DNA of 63,433 nt, filler included, from Kipferlia bialata (GCA_003568945.1; 5 parts of 5 records of this genome joined end to end with filler, not necessarily neighbours in it); one strand, 5' to 3'; shown: positions 41,301-56,103, counted from the whole stretch's first letter. The notes: generated from the letters alone by a model not told the origin. Translations and numbers: made by a program.

Positions 41301-42730
41301 AGAGGTCTGAGAGAGAGGGAGAGAGAGAGATGCATCTTGGACAGGCGGGACTGCCTGGACCCTTTTCACAGGAACTGAAGGATCTGAAGGTACATGATGT
41401 ACAGGGACATGGCTTGACACTACTACTGAGGGAGGAACCTCATTCCCAGGTGGAACCTGCTCTCTGAGTGGCCGAACCGTGATCACGGGAACAGAGGGTA
41501 CAGGGATATGCTTAGGTGCAGGCTTTGCCACGGCCTTTGCTTCTCCAGACCCCCTCACCACTGGCACCTCCTTCCCAGGTGATATGTGCTCTCTGTGCGG
41601 GGGGTATGATATGTCAATGGCCGAGTCATCGCCCAGCAGACGCTCTGCTTCCCTCTCTCCCTCCTCAGGGGTGTCAGTTCTCTCTCTCCCCCCCTCTCTT
41701 CCCTCCTTGTCTACTGTGACAGGTGTTTGGTTTCTCTTGAAGGCATTTAGAAACCTGATAGTGAAAATAGTTGTTTGTGGATGGATAACACAACCTGATA
41801 CTCCAATGATATATGTGGGTCGGTGTAATTGAATATAGTCCTTTTCTTTAGTTAATAAATGAACTGCACTATTGATAATGCACTATTGATAATGAAACAT
41901 TAGATATATATCATGGCAATTATAATACACTGGGGTAACTCTCTTCATATATGTATAGTACCTTGGTGTCTCTGTAGGGGTCTGGGCCACAATGCGTCTC
42001 TCCCTCTCTCCCCCTCCCTCTCTCTCCCTCTCTCCCCCTCCCTCCCTGTCACTGTGGAAGTGGGTGTCACCGGTCTCCTCTTCACTGCTGGAGTCACCGT
42101 ATGAGGAGGGGCTCTGGAATTAGATACATCCAACATGCGCATATACGTATATATATGTGTGTGGGTGGGTGAATATACATTTGTGATTGAGCTGAGAGAG
42201 AGATACTCTCTTCACTGGTGGAGTCATCATACGAGGGACTCTGAGGTTAGGTACACACCAATATACACACATATGAAAATAAGAGATGCTCTATTAGGGG
42301 TGGAGTCACTGAAAGAAGGGTCTCTAATATAAGAGAGAGGGAATATTGATATATATATATATATATATATATGATTGAGTTTAGAGAGAGGTTCTTCACT
42401 GCTGGAGTCAGCATATGAGGGGGAGGGGCTCTGATGTTAGATACATCAAGAATATATACTAGATACATATATATATATATATATATTTATATATAGAAGT
42501 GATTGAGTTGAGAGAGAGATATTTGAATAGTTGGTCTCACCATATGGGGGACTACTGAGGGACCCTGGTATTAGAACGAGTGAAGAGACAAAAGTATATA
42601 TAGGAACTAGGAACTCTGATGTTATATACATTTAGAGTACTATTAATATGCATACATAAATATATATATATGTATACAAACAGCGATTGGGTCGAGAGAG
42701 AGATTATTTGATAGTTGCTCCAGCCATAGG
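35384..42730 (-). CDS. Large R/E/P-rich protein with a C-terminal SPRY (B30.2)-like domain
   Basis: C-terminal exons (37111-35384) splice to RATYIEFEVHVSEAIDTCLGIAR...GGKSILGLLVDSSKGWLQLCMDGVVVKALQIEAGAEYVPVYSC...RQSR*. Upstream lie a large RE-dipeptide exon (~38131-38990) and a P/V-rich exon (~41208-41755). The 5' limit is uncertain. Confidence 0.6.
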
Positions 42731-42821
42731 AGGGGGAAGGATTCTGATGTTAGAAAGTGAGTGAAGAGACACAAAGACATGTTTGTGAAATGAGAGAATT
42801 GAATGCATACATCCAGTGAGC

Positions 42822-42870
<49 letters not shown>

Positions 42871-42887
42871 AACATACATCACACCCA

Positions 42888-43332
42888 CCTCTGGCCCTGT
42901 GTATAGGAACAGTGCCATGAGTGTGGGCACTAGGATCCTGATGACAAAGAGCACAAGCCTGGGGTCAATGGGTGGATATGGGGTGATATGAGGGAGAGCC
43001 AGGAGAAGAGGCACCTTACTTACTGGTATATACATGTATACCCAACATGGACACTATAGGTATGCACAAAACCGAGAGAGAGAGAACAGGGTGTATAGTA
43101 TATGAGAGTCGGATACCTAATGACACACATATCCACTTACTATCGCTCTCCTAGCACCATTCCACCTACATTATCTACCCACAATACCATCGTGATACAT
43201 ACGCCCCCTCCCTCCTGACCTTGAGTGCATGGTGTCCACCACATTCTTGACAAACAGACCCTGGAACTGCTCGTAGTGCAGGGACCGCCACAGATGGCGC
43301 CGCTCATACGGGGACCGCTTGGCGTGAGCCAT
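42888..43332 (-). CDS. First two exons of a membrane protein (5' end of the SPRY gene, or a separate gene joined at a poly-G tract)
   Basis: MAHAKRSPYERRHLWRSLHYEQFQGLFVKNVVDTMHSR|LVLFVIRILVPTLMALFLYTGPE; a poly-G tract at 42824-42868 follows. Confidence 0.5.
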
Positions 43333-43704
43333 ACGGCCTCACACCGACCTGAGCACGTATACGGTGAGGGGGGTAGCTAGTGGGACCCCCAGTGTTCAGA
43401 CAATCACAGCGGTGGAGGTGGAACAAACGATAGAGTCAGGGCATCGGTTCATGTGCTTTGGCACAGAAACAAAAACAACTGAACCCTTTTGCCAGTCTGC
43501 TTGGACCCTTCTTTCACAAAGTTTGTATCCTCTGCATCTATCTCCATCGCCAAAAACATAGATTCTCTGCATCTATCTACATCACTTACATCTACTATTT
43601 TAATAAATAATACTCTATTGGTGCAAGTACCCGTCGTCAGGGTAAGAAAACATGTGTACAGTCACTCTTTCATCGACGACGAGAGTTAGGATATACTTCC
43701 GAAC

Positions 43705-43985
43705 CTACTTCCACTCCCCTGACTCGGAGAGTCTACCAGCGGTCCACTCTCCCTCACACGCCACCCCATTAGCATGTGTATACACGCCCTGTCCGTGCTT
43801 CTTACCGTCCTTCCACCTCATACACATCTCCATTGCTATAGGTATATGTGCCGTGACCGTCCCTATAGGCCATCCTTCCACCCACCCAGATACATGGTGC
43901 CATCTGGGTCGGCAGATGTACCCTGGCCATGCATCTTGCACTCCACAGGACCCACTCTCCACAGTGTTGACTATCGTCGGCTTTT
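43705..43985 (-). pseudogene. Frameshifted MORN-repeat pseudogene
   Basis: MORN units are spread over different frames: DDSQHCGEW / KMHGQGTSADPDGTMYLGGWKDG / RDGHGTYTYSNGDVYE / WKDGKKHGQGVYTHANGVACEGEW...*. The indels are too small to be introns. Confidence 0.75.
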
Positions 43986-44502
43986 GGTAGCACAGTGAAC
44001 CACCGCACGGTTTACAATGCAAACTTTACGGCCAAAGGGGTCAGAGTAACCCCACGCATATGCAACAATAGGTAAATGTCAGACACTGACGGCATCAGAC
44101 TGGGACGTTCTATTACAGTCTGAGACAAGGCAGCATATTCAGGACACTGACTGGGTTGTAAAGCTGGTCACCTGGGTTGAGTGGGCCATCAGTTAGGTAC
44201 GTATATGTATCGAGACATCATACTTGGCATAATGTATCACTAAACGGCTCCCAAGTCCCAAAACAGGCATTGTTGTGATGTGGGAGCTTTCTGTCTGACT
44301 ATCGGATATCTCTCTGCTTCCCTCGAATTTGGAGACTATCATATCTTGGACGTTTGATAGTAAGTCACTCCAGGACATCTACAAGAGATCAATTACTATT
44401 CACTGGTGTTTGAAACCCGCACACTACTGTTGACCTAGTCTTCCCCAGGATGATACCTCTCTCTCCACCTCTCTATCGCCCTCTCTCTACCAACCCCTCC
44501 AA

Positions 44503-46940
44503 CATGACATTCTCCATGGTCGGGTACATCTCCGACGATGAGGTGTTCGACGTCCTCGATGTGCAGTACAGAGGATTCAGGGAGTACTACGCCCTAGTGG
44601 CAGGTGTGGAATTCATCATCCAACTGGAAGTCTCATACCAACCTGCTGTTGTGATAGGTCTTCCCGAACAGTACCCTTTTCATTTTACACAGAGTATATG
44701 GGATATACAGTATATCATATACTCTTTCAGCCACTCTATAGTACTCTCTCTGTTGATATCTCTCTGACCAAGGACCTTGGTCCAAGGTTGTACTCAACCA
44801 CATTGACTACACACTCTACAGTACTATCCAGCAGATAGTAGCCCACACCACTTGTGAAGGGGCTCTTGACTATAATTGACTTCCATTGACTATATTTGAC
44901 TCACTGACTAACCCATAGCTCAGTGGGGCCACACAGGCTTTGACAGAGGCCCGAGGGAGACATACACAGACGGGGCAACCGTAAGTAAGTAGTATCTGTA
45001 CACTGTATACTAGCTGACTTAGTACGTGTTCTTCCTCTTCAACACAGATCCATGCCTCAAGATGGTATAGTATACTTAGTCTAAAGCTAAATATATATGT
45101 ATATAGTGTATATGTTACTGCCACTTACTATAGACGTCGTACCGCTCGTACAAATCACATCCTGTTTCCCAACAACATCTATATGGAGACTGCCTTACTG
45201 TAACCTAATATATATAGATAGATCCTTCCTTATATATATAGATAATAGATATATAGAGCTGGCAGTGCCAGCCTGGCACGTAAGACTTACGTAGTAAGTG
45301 ACGTGGGCTACTAGCTCTAGACTCCATGTCCTTCGTGTCAAGATAGTATAGTATACTTAGTCTATAGCTAGATATATAGATATAGTGTATATGTGGGCTA
45401 CTAACTCTAGACTTCATGTCCTTTGTGCAGGGCATACTGACAGAGGCAGCCAAGGTCTGATCCGCGGGGTTTTATCTCATACTCAGATGATCATGCATAT
45501 ATATACATATACATATTCACACCTACTTGATGGTATGTATGGCATATGTACATACAGGCATACTATATATACAATATGTGGAACATATATGACAGCGGCC
45601 GCCAAGGTATTTATCGACACAGTCTCTTGGGATACAAATGCAACCTAGTGTATCTACACACGGTCATGAATAGAGTAACAGATGCATATATGCTGCACTG
45701 GACATGTTTATACATACGTGTATAAATTGGATCGTGATACTGACTCACCCAGGTCCCCCAGGCCTGTGAGTCAGAGGCCAACTGAGTATATGGGACATGT
45801 GATATATAGTATATATATCAGATACATGCATGTGTGTACACTGTGACACTGACTCCCCTAGGTCCCCCAGGCCTGTGAGTCTGAGGCCAAGAGGGAGCAG
45901 ATGCAGAGAGACGTCCCAGGGCAGTACATCTTCCTACACGGCTGGACAGCTGGGGATCTGAGGTGTGTCTATCCCATATATGATGTATGATATATGATTC
46001 ATCGCAATCTTTGTGTCCCATTTTCGATGTATAGAGTCTCTACTTTAGACGGTTTACCCAATAATCTCCGCCAGGCAATTGTGCTGACCCTAGATAGAAT
46101 CCATTCAAATACCGTATACTCACTGAGTATAATACTCAGTCTATCAACTCGATTCTTATGCCAGATGGACCCCTGCTGAGTGCACACAAGTGGCAGACGC
46201 CCTGGACACAATAGGCATGCAGTTCTTATAGCACCGACTGATACCTAATACTCTATTTCCGATGTGAGAGTATTGTACTGTGTTGTGTGTTATCGTTCCA
46301 GACATCAAAGTAACTAACCCCAGACCCCGCTGCACTGCAGGCCGAGGTGGATCCCAGGCATGGGCCAACACATTTAGTACATATACAATACTAACAACAA
46401 TAGTATACATAATGTATATACAGTGAATACACAATACTCTTCAATTTCTACTATACTATAGTAGAGAACCGGCCGAGGTGGAACCCAGTTTTGGGTACAG
46501 AGATAGAGATACTGTGTATACTAGTGTATATTCGTGTGTTTGAGTATACTACTTTACTGTACTAGTAGAGAACCTGAAGAGGTGGATCCCAGGTAGTCGT
46601 GCACGATACCTTTATAGGCTATGTGGTAGAGTATATATATTTAGTGCTATGAACACAGAGTATGAGTTGCTAAGTATACTGTAGACTATTCTCTCTGTAG
46701 ACTACATACCCCAGGTCAAGTTGCACAGGCTGAGACACTGACCGTATGACACATATGCACGCATATGTGTATACTACACAATATACATGATAGTCTAATC
46801 ATATACCATATGTACCCCACCCATCATTAACTACAGGGCCTGGGGCACTGACGGCATGGTAGAGCTGCACAACAAGCTGGTGACTGGACTGAGGAGGTGT
46901 GCGGCGGAGGGAGTGGAGATGAGGGGAGGGTAAGACTCAC
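44503..46940 (+). CDS. Possible multi-exon hypothetical or degenerate gene
   Basis: MTFSMVGYISDDEVFDVLDVQYRGFREYYALVA|, then short exon-like islands (QWGHTGFDRGPRETYTDGAT; VPQACESEAKREQMQRDVPGQYIFLHGW). A full model could not be closed. Confidence 0.3.
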
Positions 46941-47575
46941 CCGGTGACTGGAGTGGGACACTGGTAGAATGAGTATACACGCATTCCATTGAAGTGTATT
47001 GGAAGAGTCTACAACTGAAATTGGATTACCTACTATACTGGAACTCAATAGAGTGAGTAGCGGTTGTCTCAGGCCGAACAGTGATCTAGGGTTTGTATTC
47101 ACTTTGGTGTATCATCCACTTTCAAGGTAGTACATTCTTTCGCTGCAGTAGTGTTGAACCTTACCTGCAAAGATGGGCTTTGGACTGTTTGGAGTCCAAT
47201 CGCTGGACTGCTATCTTCTTATAAGTCTTGCAAATTGCAAGTTGCAATTACATGGCGACCCCACTTCCAGTATAGTGTGCTAAACCACAATTTTAATGGT
47301 CCACATTCAGTCAGGATTCCCTCAGTCCACTATAACTGCCATAGGTGCCGATAGGAATGGAAGAATACTCTACTGTGTTCAAGGACGAAGTAATGCTCAG
47401 AAATACTGTATTGCTGGAACCCCAAAGGTACCATATCTTTGCCTGTTTACTTCTCCATTTAGATTTCACCTGATACCGTTTTCAAGTACCCGTCTATAGT
47501 ATAGAAACGGCGTCTATACCCATATACTCAGGTATGGAAGAGTACGTTAACCGTCTCTATCTCGTTGTCATGCCA

Positions 47576-48789
47576 CTAATTAATTAGATATTCAACACCA
47601 TTGGGACTGGTGAAAGTGCCACCTCCCTCCCTCTCACCGGACCTCCACACACCTTTGTACACACTCCCATCGGGATAGGAGCAAGTACCCCACCCGTCCT
47701 TCGTGTCTTGCTTCCACTCTCCCACATATACAGTACCGGATACAGTAGTGTATGTGCCATAACCGTGTCTCCTGTCATCCCACCACCCTCCCGTGTAGAC
47801 ACTTCCGTCCGTGTACATCTGTACTCCCTGGCCATGTCTAAGATCAGAACGCCATATGCCTTCGTACACGCCACCGTCAGGATATGTGTAAGTGCCAAGT
47901 CCAGTCATTGAGTTGTCCCTCCACTCTCCCCTGTATACACCGCCGTCGGGAAAGGTGCAGTTGCCACGACCCCACCTCCAGCTCCCCTTCCATTCTCCCC
48001 TAAATATTTCTCCATCGGAATATGTTTCCGTACCAAGCCCGTGTCTCTTGTCGTTCTGCCACTCACCAGTGTACACCTCACCATCGGGGAAGTTTTGTGT
48101 ACCAAACCCGTGCCTGACATTGTCTAGCCAGTGTCCCATGTACACACTCCCGTCCGCTTCCTTCTGAGTGCCTCTCCCATGCCTAAGGTCTTTCTTCCAG
48201 TCTCCAGTGTATACCCCACCATGCGCAGAGACTTGAACTCCCCGACCGTCTCTGCAGTTATCCTTCCAGTCTCCTACGTACACTTCACCATTAGGAAAGG
48301 CGAATGTCCCGTATCCGTTAATGACACCATCTTTCCACTCTCCCTTGTAATAGTCACCTTCTGGACCAGTATCAGTTCCATGACCATCCTTGACTCCCTC
48401 TTTCCACTCTCCGACATACATAGAGCCGTCTGCACGCTTAATAGTACCGTTGCCGTGAAACTTGTCGTCTTTCCACTCTCCATTGTACCCAGATCCGTCA
48501 ACATCAGTTATGGTGCCATGACCATTCCTCATGTTCTCCCGCCACTCTCCCGTATACACACGACCGTCTGAATACGTGTATGTACCATGACCTGACATAC
48601 AATCCTCCTTCCACTCTCCGTCATATGTATCCCCACTTACACTCGTGAGTGTACCCATCCCATGCCTCTCTCCCCCCACCCATTCCCCCTGGTACACACA
48701 ACCGTCGGGATATGTGTATGTGACAATACCGTCAGGGGTTGCCTGCTGCACTCTTAGTCTCTCTGCCAGAGACACAGCTCCAACATCCT
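47576..48789 (-). CDS. MORN-repeat protein (~16 tandem 23-aa repeats in one 1.2-kb exon)
   Basis: Repeated YxGEWKxxxRHGxGTxTYxDGxV. An acceptor CTCTACCTCAG precedes 48789, so the true start is upstream. Confidence 0.9.
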
Positions 48790-49293
48790 CTGAGGTAGAG
48801 GTGCTAGATGCACAGTGAGGGATGGAATCTACCCCACCCTGGCATAAGCCGTATCGATATCAGTGACGCTAAATGGTATCCCGAGTTGAACTATTCACAG
48901 TACTATAATACTATATTAATATTGACAATTGATATTATTATATACTATAATAATGCTGATAATATAATAATACTATACTCATTACATCGTAAGTATGCTC
49001 TGTATGTACCTGACCAAGGATACTTATCTCCGCTGAGAGTGTTGTCACGTCTATGCACTGACCGATGTGGCACTCAGCCATACACTCGGGGCATACACNN
49101 NNNNNNNNNNNNNNNNNNNNNNNNNNNNNNNNNNNNNNNNNNTTAATTAATTAANNNNNNNNNNNNNNNNNNNNNNNNNNNNNNNNNNNNNNNNNNNNTA
49201 CTAACATTTCTCTTTTCCCCCCCCCCCCCCCCCCCCCCATGTCTCTCTCTCTTTAGTCTTGCCTCAGCCCACTATTCTCACTTTAACACTCAG

Positions 49294-52200
49294 GAGGCTC
49301 TCCTTTACATTTGTTACGGCCTCTTCCTGCTCTTCGGAGTACTCCCAGCCTTTACCAACACGTACGTTGTATTTAAAGATATGTACACCGCAGTGTCTGG
49401 AGACCTAGTTAATGATAGTCATAGCGCTGTTTCATTATTGTTGCGGCCTGTGGGTCTCTCACTGCAGTTTCTGGGGCCTGTTCTTCTGGCGCACCATGAT
49501 TGGATTCCCAGCCGGCCTGGCATTCCCCATCATCATCGGTACGGTCTCTCTCTCTCTCTCTCATTGCTAAACTACTGACACTCTCTCTGACCCTCCAGAC
49601 ATGATGTCCCAGCGCTTTGAGCCTGTCCAGAGGACCAAGGTCCTCGGCTGGTGCTCCCTCTCTCTCTCCTCCCAGGTACGCAGGAGTCTTGGGTGTTCGG
49701 ACTTACTATTGTGTGAATTTACCTACTATTGTGTGTAACTATTCGACTCTGCCACCAACGGGTCTCTTATCGTTCTCATACACAAGGCAGGTATATATGT
49801 GCATTATAAGCAGTATATACATACCTTTAGGGTAGACAGTAACCCTCACCCCCAGGGCTTTGTGTACTCCCTGCTGGGCGGATACCTTGCCAGGACCGAC
49901 TACCACCTCGTGTTCTATGTGCAGCTGGTAAGTTATATAGTGGACACACACCTTAGTGGTCTGAATACAACAGCATATATTATATATATTATATATATTA
50001 TATATTCTTCTTCTATGTTCCCACCCCCAGATCATTGCCCCCATCATGCTCTTTGGCTACATTGTGGGTCCCCTCAAGGCACTGCCCCCTTCCCCATCCT
50101 TCTCGGGAAGTGACATAGGTAGGCATATATATGTCTCTCTCTATGTCACTCTCCATCACTCCGTTTACCCGTCCTCTCCCATGTATATGTATATCTCTCT
50201 GTATATTGTATTCATAATAGTATGAATAGAGATATCACTCCCTTACCCCAGTCCTTGCCCCTGTGAGCGAGGAGAGCAGCAGAGACGCAGTGGCCGTGGA
50301 GGCAGACCTCGAGGTATTGCATGCAGTGTACAAGTTACAAATATGGTACTTTACACTCTACTCAGTCGCTAGCTGTACAGGGTCTGGCTCTCTTAGTACC
50401 ATACTCCGAGTACTCTCTCTGACCCATTAGGCTGACCTGGAGGCCGCTCTCAACGCTGAGGACAGTGACAGGCAGAGAGAGCCAGTCTGTGACGTCCCTC
50501 CCTCCCCCTGTGCAGAGGCAGGCTACCAGAACGAGCACATCGAGGCACATGATACCGCAGAGGGTGTGTGCGAGTACGACGACGTCTGTGACGAGGTTGA
50601 GGTTGTTGTGTGCCCCAACTGCAAGGGGGGTGCACCCATGCCCGTTGATACAGCCCTCTCTGCCCTCGAGGGCAGCACCCCTCCCTTCCCCCTGGGCAGT
50701 GTCGTGTGGTATGCCGCCATGTACACTCTGACACAGGGCACATGGTACGGGGGACTCTGTCTCTACAGTACCTTACTCTCTTTCTCTTCATCTTTCTTCT
50801 AGTCTCTGTCCCTCTCTGACCCCAGGTACCTCCTCCTAGTCCTGTCCTCTCTCCACCTGGCCGAGGACCTCGAGATCGACGACACATTCATCGCTGGTGG
50901 GTGCATCATACCCCATATACACCCCTTGTATTTCTAGTTGTAACCCTCACCCCCAGGCGTGGCCTCTGCCTCCAACACCATCGGTATGATGGGAGGGGCT
51001 GCCATCGTGTCTGCCATGGTCAGGCACTTCCCAGACGCAGCAGGTATATATACACATTATATATATATATATTGTGTATTATATAGTACAACTATTGGTA
51101 TATATATATGCCATCGTTGAATACTATGCATATTGTGTCTGCCATGGTCAGGCACTTCCCAGACGCAGCAGGTATTAATTGTATATATATATACATATAT
51201 AGAATATAATAGTATGTATATTGTATATATATTTACTTATATATACCATCCTTGAATACTATGTATATCGTGTCTGCCATGGTCAGGCACTTCCCAGACG
51301 CAGCAGGTATATAGATGTTTATGTATGTACACATATATCTCTCTCTGTCTCCCAATTCCCCCCTTGTTTCACCTCAGTTCTTAGCCGTCCAAGCGATATA
51401 CATATATATATATATGCGAGAATTATATATATATATGTGTATGTGTATAATATTACTACTAATTCTTATACCCTCGTTGAATGTTTCACCTCAGGCCCCA
51501 TGTACTTTGCCGTCCAAGCGATATACACACTCACATATATATATGTATATTTCATATATATATATGTATGTGTATATTATTACTATTAATTCTTATTCTT
51601 ATACCCTCGTTGAATGTTTCACCTCAGGCCCCATGTACTTTGCCATCCAGGCTACCGGTATCCTCCTCGGCTCCACTGTCAACCTATACGTGGTTATCCT
51701 AGGTATTGCTCTCCTACCATGTCTCTATTCTCATCATGTGCTACGATATATATTCATATATATGCAACCATATATACCAATACATTTTTCCATACCAATA
51801 TACTGACCTAGTATATATATACCGTTCTGACCCTAGGATGTGTTCTCTGTGGTGTAGGGGCCGGTGGACTCCTGCCCCTGCTGCTGGGAAAGGCCTCTAG
51901 CTACCACCCCAGGTATTTAGCATGTTCAACTGTACACTTTCCCCAACTCCATTCTGTGACAAGTTGTGCCTAACCCTCAGCCACACTGCCACAGCTGGGT
52001 CAGTGTTCCTGGCCATGCAGAACACAGGTACGCGAGCTCTATCAATCGAACCTCCCTCTCTATTTCACACATACACTATAATTATATTATAATCCCTGTG
52101 TACGTCCAGCGATCTCTATCAATGGAATCTCCCTCTATTTCATACCTATATTTATATAAGAATATATATAAGAAATACCTATGTTTTCTGTTGACGTCTA

Positions 52201-52455
52201 GGCATGGTTGTCTTCCCAGCCACCGTCAGTCTCTTCTCCAACTCGGGCGACTGTCTGCTATTTGGAGGTACGGCACTCATTAGGATAACCCACCCCCCCC
52301 ACCTCCCCATATATTCCATGTATGCATCCTATATTCTTTGTGTCTCCTGACAATCTCTATATATCCCAATCCTCACCTAAGGCATTGTTGCCTCTATCGC
52401 CACCCTCACCTGGCTTGTTGGGGAGTGGAAGCAGATCAGGACAAAGAGAGTGTAG
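49294..52455 (+). CDS. Major facilitator superfamily transporter (5' truncated)
   Basis: Multiple TM exons: FWGLFFWRTMIGFPAGLAFP; QRTKVLGW; SLLGGYLARTDYHLVFYVQL; an acidic central loop; GVGAGGLLPLLLGKAS; TATAGSVFLAMQNTG; ...KQIRTKRV* (TAG 52453-52455). Confidence 0.8.
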
Positions 52456-52687
52456 ACAGAGGGAGATACTCTGCAGAGTCAGTGTGGGCTGGATTAGACC
52501 CACGTATTTCATTAGTCAGTAGTATACATGCACATTCATTAAATGTATCGTGACCTTGACAGGTGAGTGTGACATGGAGTAGTACTACCAATTTGGACCC
52601 TTTTCATATTTTTGAGTGACCTCTACACGCTTCATGTTGACATTCTCTACCGACCACTCTTCCACTCTCTAGTCTTGTGTATAGTCG

Positions 52688-55600
52688 ATGCCTGTGGCCA
52701 CTGCACAGCCTGATGTCAAGTTAACAGTGGGAATTGACTTTGGAACTTCGCACAGGTGGGTGACTGGTTAATCGGATTAGCTTAATCCTATAGTCACTCT
52801 TGCATCATGTCATTACCGTGTATACACTGACACTAGTGGCTATGCCGTCTCCCATGTCGCCAAGCCTGAGGAGGTCGAGGCCTTCTACGACTGGCCTGGA
52901 CAGCCGGCACCCTATGCAAAGGTTAGATGTACTGCATTATGACTACACTGTAGACTCCTCCCCCCTTGTCACTGCCTCTGACCTCTCTCTCTCTCTCTCT
53001 CTGACCTCAGACACTGACCGCTCTCTTCTATGAGCAACAACCAGATGGTACCTACAAGGCCACATCCTGGGGATTCCAAGCATGGTACGTAGCATTCTTT
53101 GTGTCAATGTCTGTGTCACGTTGTCACTTTGACCAATCTCCTCAGTGTCACTAATCATGCTTGTAGTATAGTGCCCATCTCATGTCAGGCTGCGTCAGCG
53201 AGAGATTAGCTGTAGCACCACGTCTCTGTATGTGAGCAGGTTCAAGCTCTTGCTGGATGAGTGTGTGGCTGGGGGTGAGGTTGGGCTGATGAGCAAGGAG
53301 CGGCCACTGGATATCATTCGCATACCACCAGGTTAGTATAGATGAACAAATATTTACGTATTACCCCGTTTCTCTAGTATTGCTGCATTCATCTCGTAGT
53401 GACTGCCCTATCACATCTCTGACACTAGGCCTTACTCTTGAGTCTGTAATAGGCGACTACCTCAGATACCTCAAGCAGAGTGTGGAGACAGTCATACGGA
53501 AGCAGGTGAGTATAGCAGTAGTATATATACGTACCAGTCTACTCTCCAACATATACCTGAGCCCCCCCCCCCCTTCTCACCCCAGTACGATGGCATCCTC
53601 ACACTGGACAATGTACAGTGGTGCCTGTCAGTCCCAGCCATGGTGGGCATATATATATATGAGATATGTATATGGTACATATATTCACTTACGGTATTTA
53701 TGGGGTACCAGCCATGGTGGGTATAGTGTATAGATATATATTGTATAAACCCTTGCATTATTTATGGCCTCCCAGTCATGGTGGGTGGCAGTACTCTCTG
53801 GCACATGTATTACAGTCATAGACCAAGATGACTAATTACCAATGGTAATACTATTATCCCCCTCAATCAATGTACTCCTTTCTACCCCCAGTGGACGGAC
53901 AGAGCCAAGGCCCGCATGCGTCAGGCTGCCTACATTGCAGGCATGATACCAGACATAGACAGTCACAGGTACACGTGTACATAGTATTTCATACTATACA
54001 ACCTATATGCTACTATGTGATCTTACGCCAGGCTCACCTTCACCCTTGAGCCCGAGGCCGCAGCTGTGTACTGCAGCCACAACCGTTCCCAGTACCACTT
54101 TGGCAAGGGCCAGAGCTTCATGGTGGTGGACGCTGGCGGGGGGACAGTCGACCTCACGGTGCACAAGGTGTGTCTACAGTTGTATATATTTTCATTTTAC
54201 TCTTACCCCTAGGTGACTGAGTCAGGTATTTCTAAACTCCTAAACACTATCTACCATTGTTACCACTATCTTCCTGCCCCCAGGTGGTCTTCTCTACATA
54301 TGTATATTTCGCATTGACTTCCCACCCCCAGGTGACTGGGTCCGGTGCCATGGAGGAGGTGACCAGGGGCCATGGCAGGTCGTGTGGGGCCACCTATCTC
54401 GATGTCGAGTTCCTCAAGTTTGTGAGGGGGAAGCTGGGGGAGGAGGTATGTATCCCATTAGAGTGTATACACTAGTAGTGGACCAGTGCTCCCATGACTC
54501 CCTCACCCAGTACTACTCTGAGTGGTGCAGCAAGTACCCGTCAGAGATGGCTGTCCTGATGTCAAGGTGCCTTGGTATTACTAGGCCTAGTATATATAGA
54601 GAGGCGGCCTAGTTGATAGTTGGCATGGTTCCTTGCTGTGTTACACTGACTCCAGCTGGGAGAAGTGCAAACGCAACTTCAGTGGGCCTGAGGATGAGTC
54701 CATGTTCATAGCAATGCCACCCAAGATGTACAAGAGGCTGCCGGTGGGGGTCGAGGACAGGTATATCATTCATAATGTTTACCTACTCAGTCTGTAAACC
54801 AAGTATAGTACTATGGTATTCCCATCCTAGTATGTCTCCTCTGACCCCAGGCTGACTGACGAGCAGGATGGCTATGATGACTGTCTAGTCGTCACTGGGC
54901 CTGAGGCAGTGGCTGTCTTTGATCCAGTTGTGGCCAAGGTATGTGTATACATATGTAAATGAACATATATGGATCATATATAGATATATAGATCCAGTGG
55001 TGTCCAATGAATGTATCTTCCTCCTAATCCCTCTCGTCTTCCCTTACACCAGGTCCTGGGTTGCATTGAGGAGCAGATGAAGAGACTGAAGGAGGAGGGA
55101 GGGGACACAAACAGACAGGTGACTGGCTGTCGTAGTACATGTATATTATATTACATGTATATACTTCCAAGAAGAGACCCCCACCAAACACTCCATTGGT
55201 TAACGTATACAATACATCTGCTACTACTTATATCGTTCTAACACAAGCTCAAGGCTATGCTGCTTGTTGGGGGATTCTCTGCTTCCCCCTACCTTATCAA
55301 GAGGGTGAGGGAGGTGTTTGGTGATAGGTCAGAGTGCATCATTAACCCACCACAGCCAGGTATATATTATATATATATTATATATACATTGTATGTCATA
55401 TCATGTGTATTTCTTCAGACAGCAAGACAGTGGAATCAGTAGGTATGTAAACTGACTACAAACCCATCATATTATTCTTTCAACTATCTTGTCTCACCTC
55501 TAGGCGCTGCTGTGGTGGTTGGTGCTGTGCACTATGGAAGCAACCCCTCTGTCATCAAGGCCAGGATCAGCAGGTCAGGGGTCATATTCAATCAGTATCT

Positions 55601-56103
55601 CATTGATTCACCAGTTGGCTCTTTGTTCTCTTGTGTACCTGTATTGAATGGTACTTAGTTACTCATCCAGGTTCACTTACGGCTTCAAGGGCGGGGCTGT
55701 CTACAACCCCCAGAGACCAGGCCACAAGAGGAGAGAGAGCCAGGCGAGCTGGGACGAGAGGGCCCAGGCCTTGAGGTTCAAGGGTGTATTCAACCCAATC
55801 ATTCGCATGGGTGACCGTGTGCCATGTGACCATACCGTAGTCCAGACGGGACGGAAGCCCATCTACGCCGACCAGACACGGGTGTCGTTCCAGCTGTACT
55901 GCTGTGCCGGGAGTCCCTTCTTTGTGACGGAGGATGGTGTGCAGCAGTTGGGTGAGAGGGTTACAGTTACAGTGCCAACAGAGGAAGAGAGACACGTTGA
56001 CCTGAGGTTCCTCTTTGGCGACACCGAGTTCCGAATGGTGGTCACACCCCGTGACAAGTCGTGCCCTGCTCTAGAGACCACAGCAAAGTTCCAGAGCAAG
56101 TAA
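52688..56103 (+). CDS. HSPA12: HSPA12-like atypical Hsp70
   Basis: VGIDFGTSHSGYA, WPGQPAPYAKT, RFKLLL, DYLRYLK, QWCLSVPAMWTDRAKARMRQAA, LEPEAAAVYC, FMVVDAGGGTVDL, CGATYLD, LLVGGFSASPYL, SRFTYG, FLFGDTEF. TAA at 56101-56103. Confidence 0.9.
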
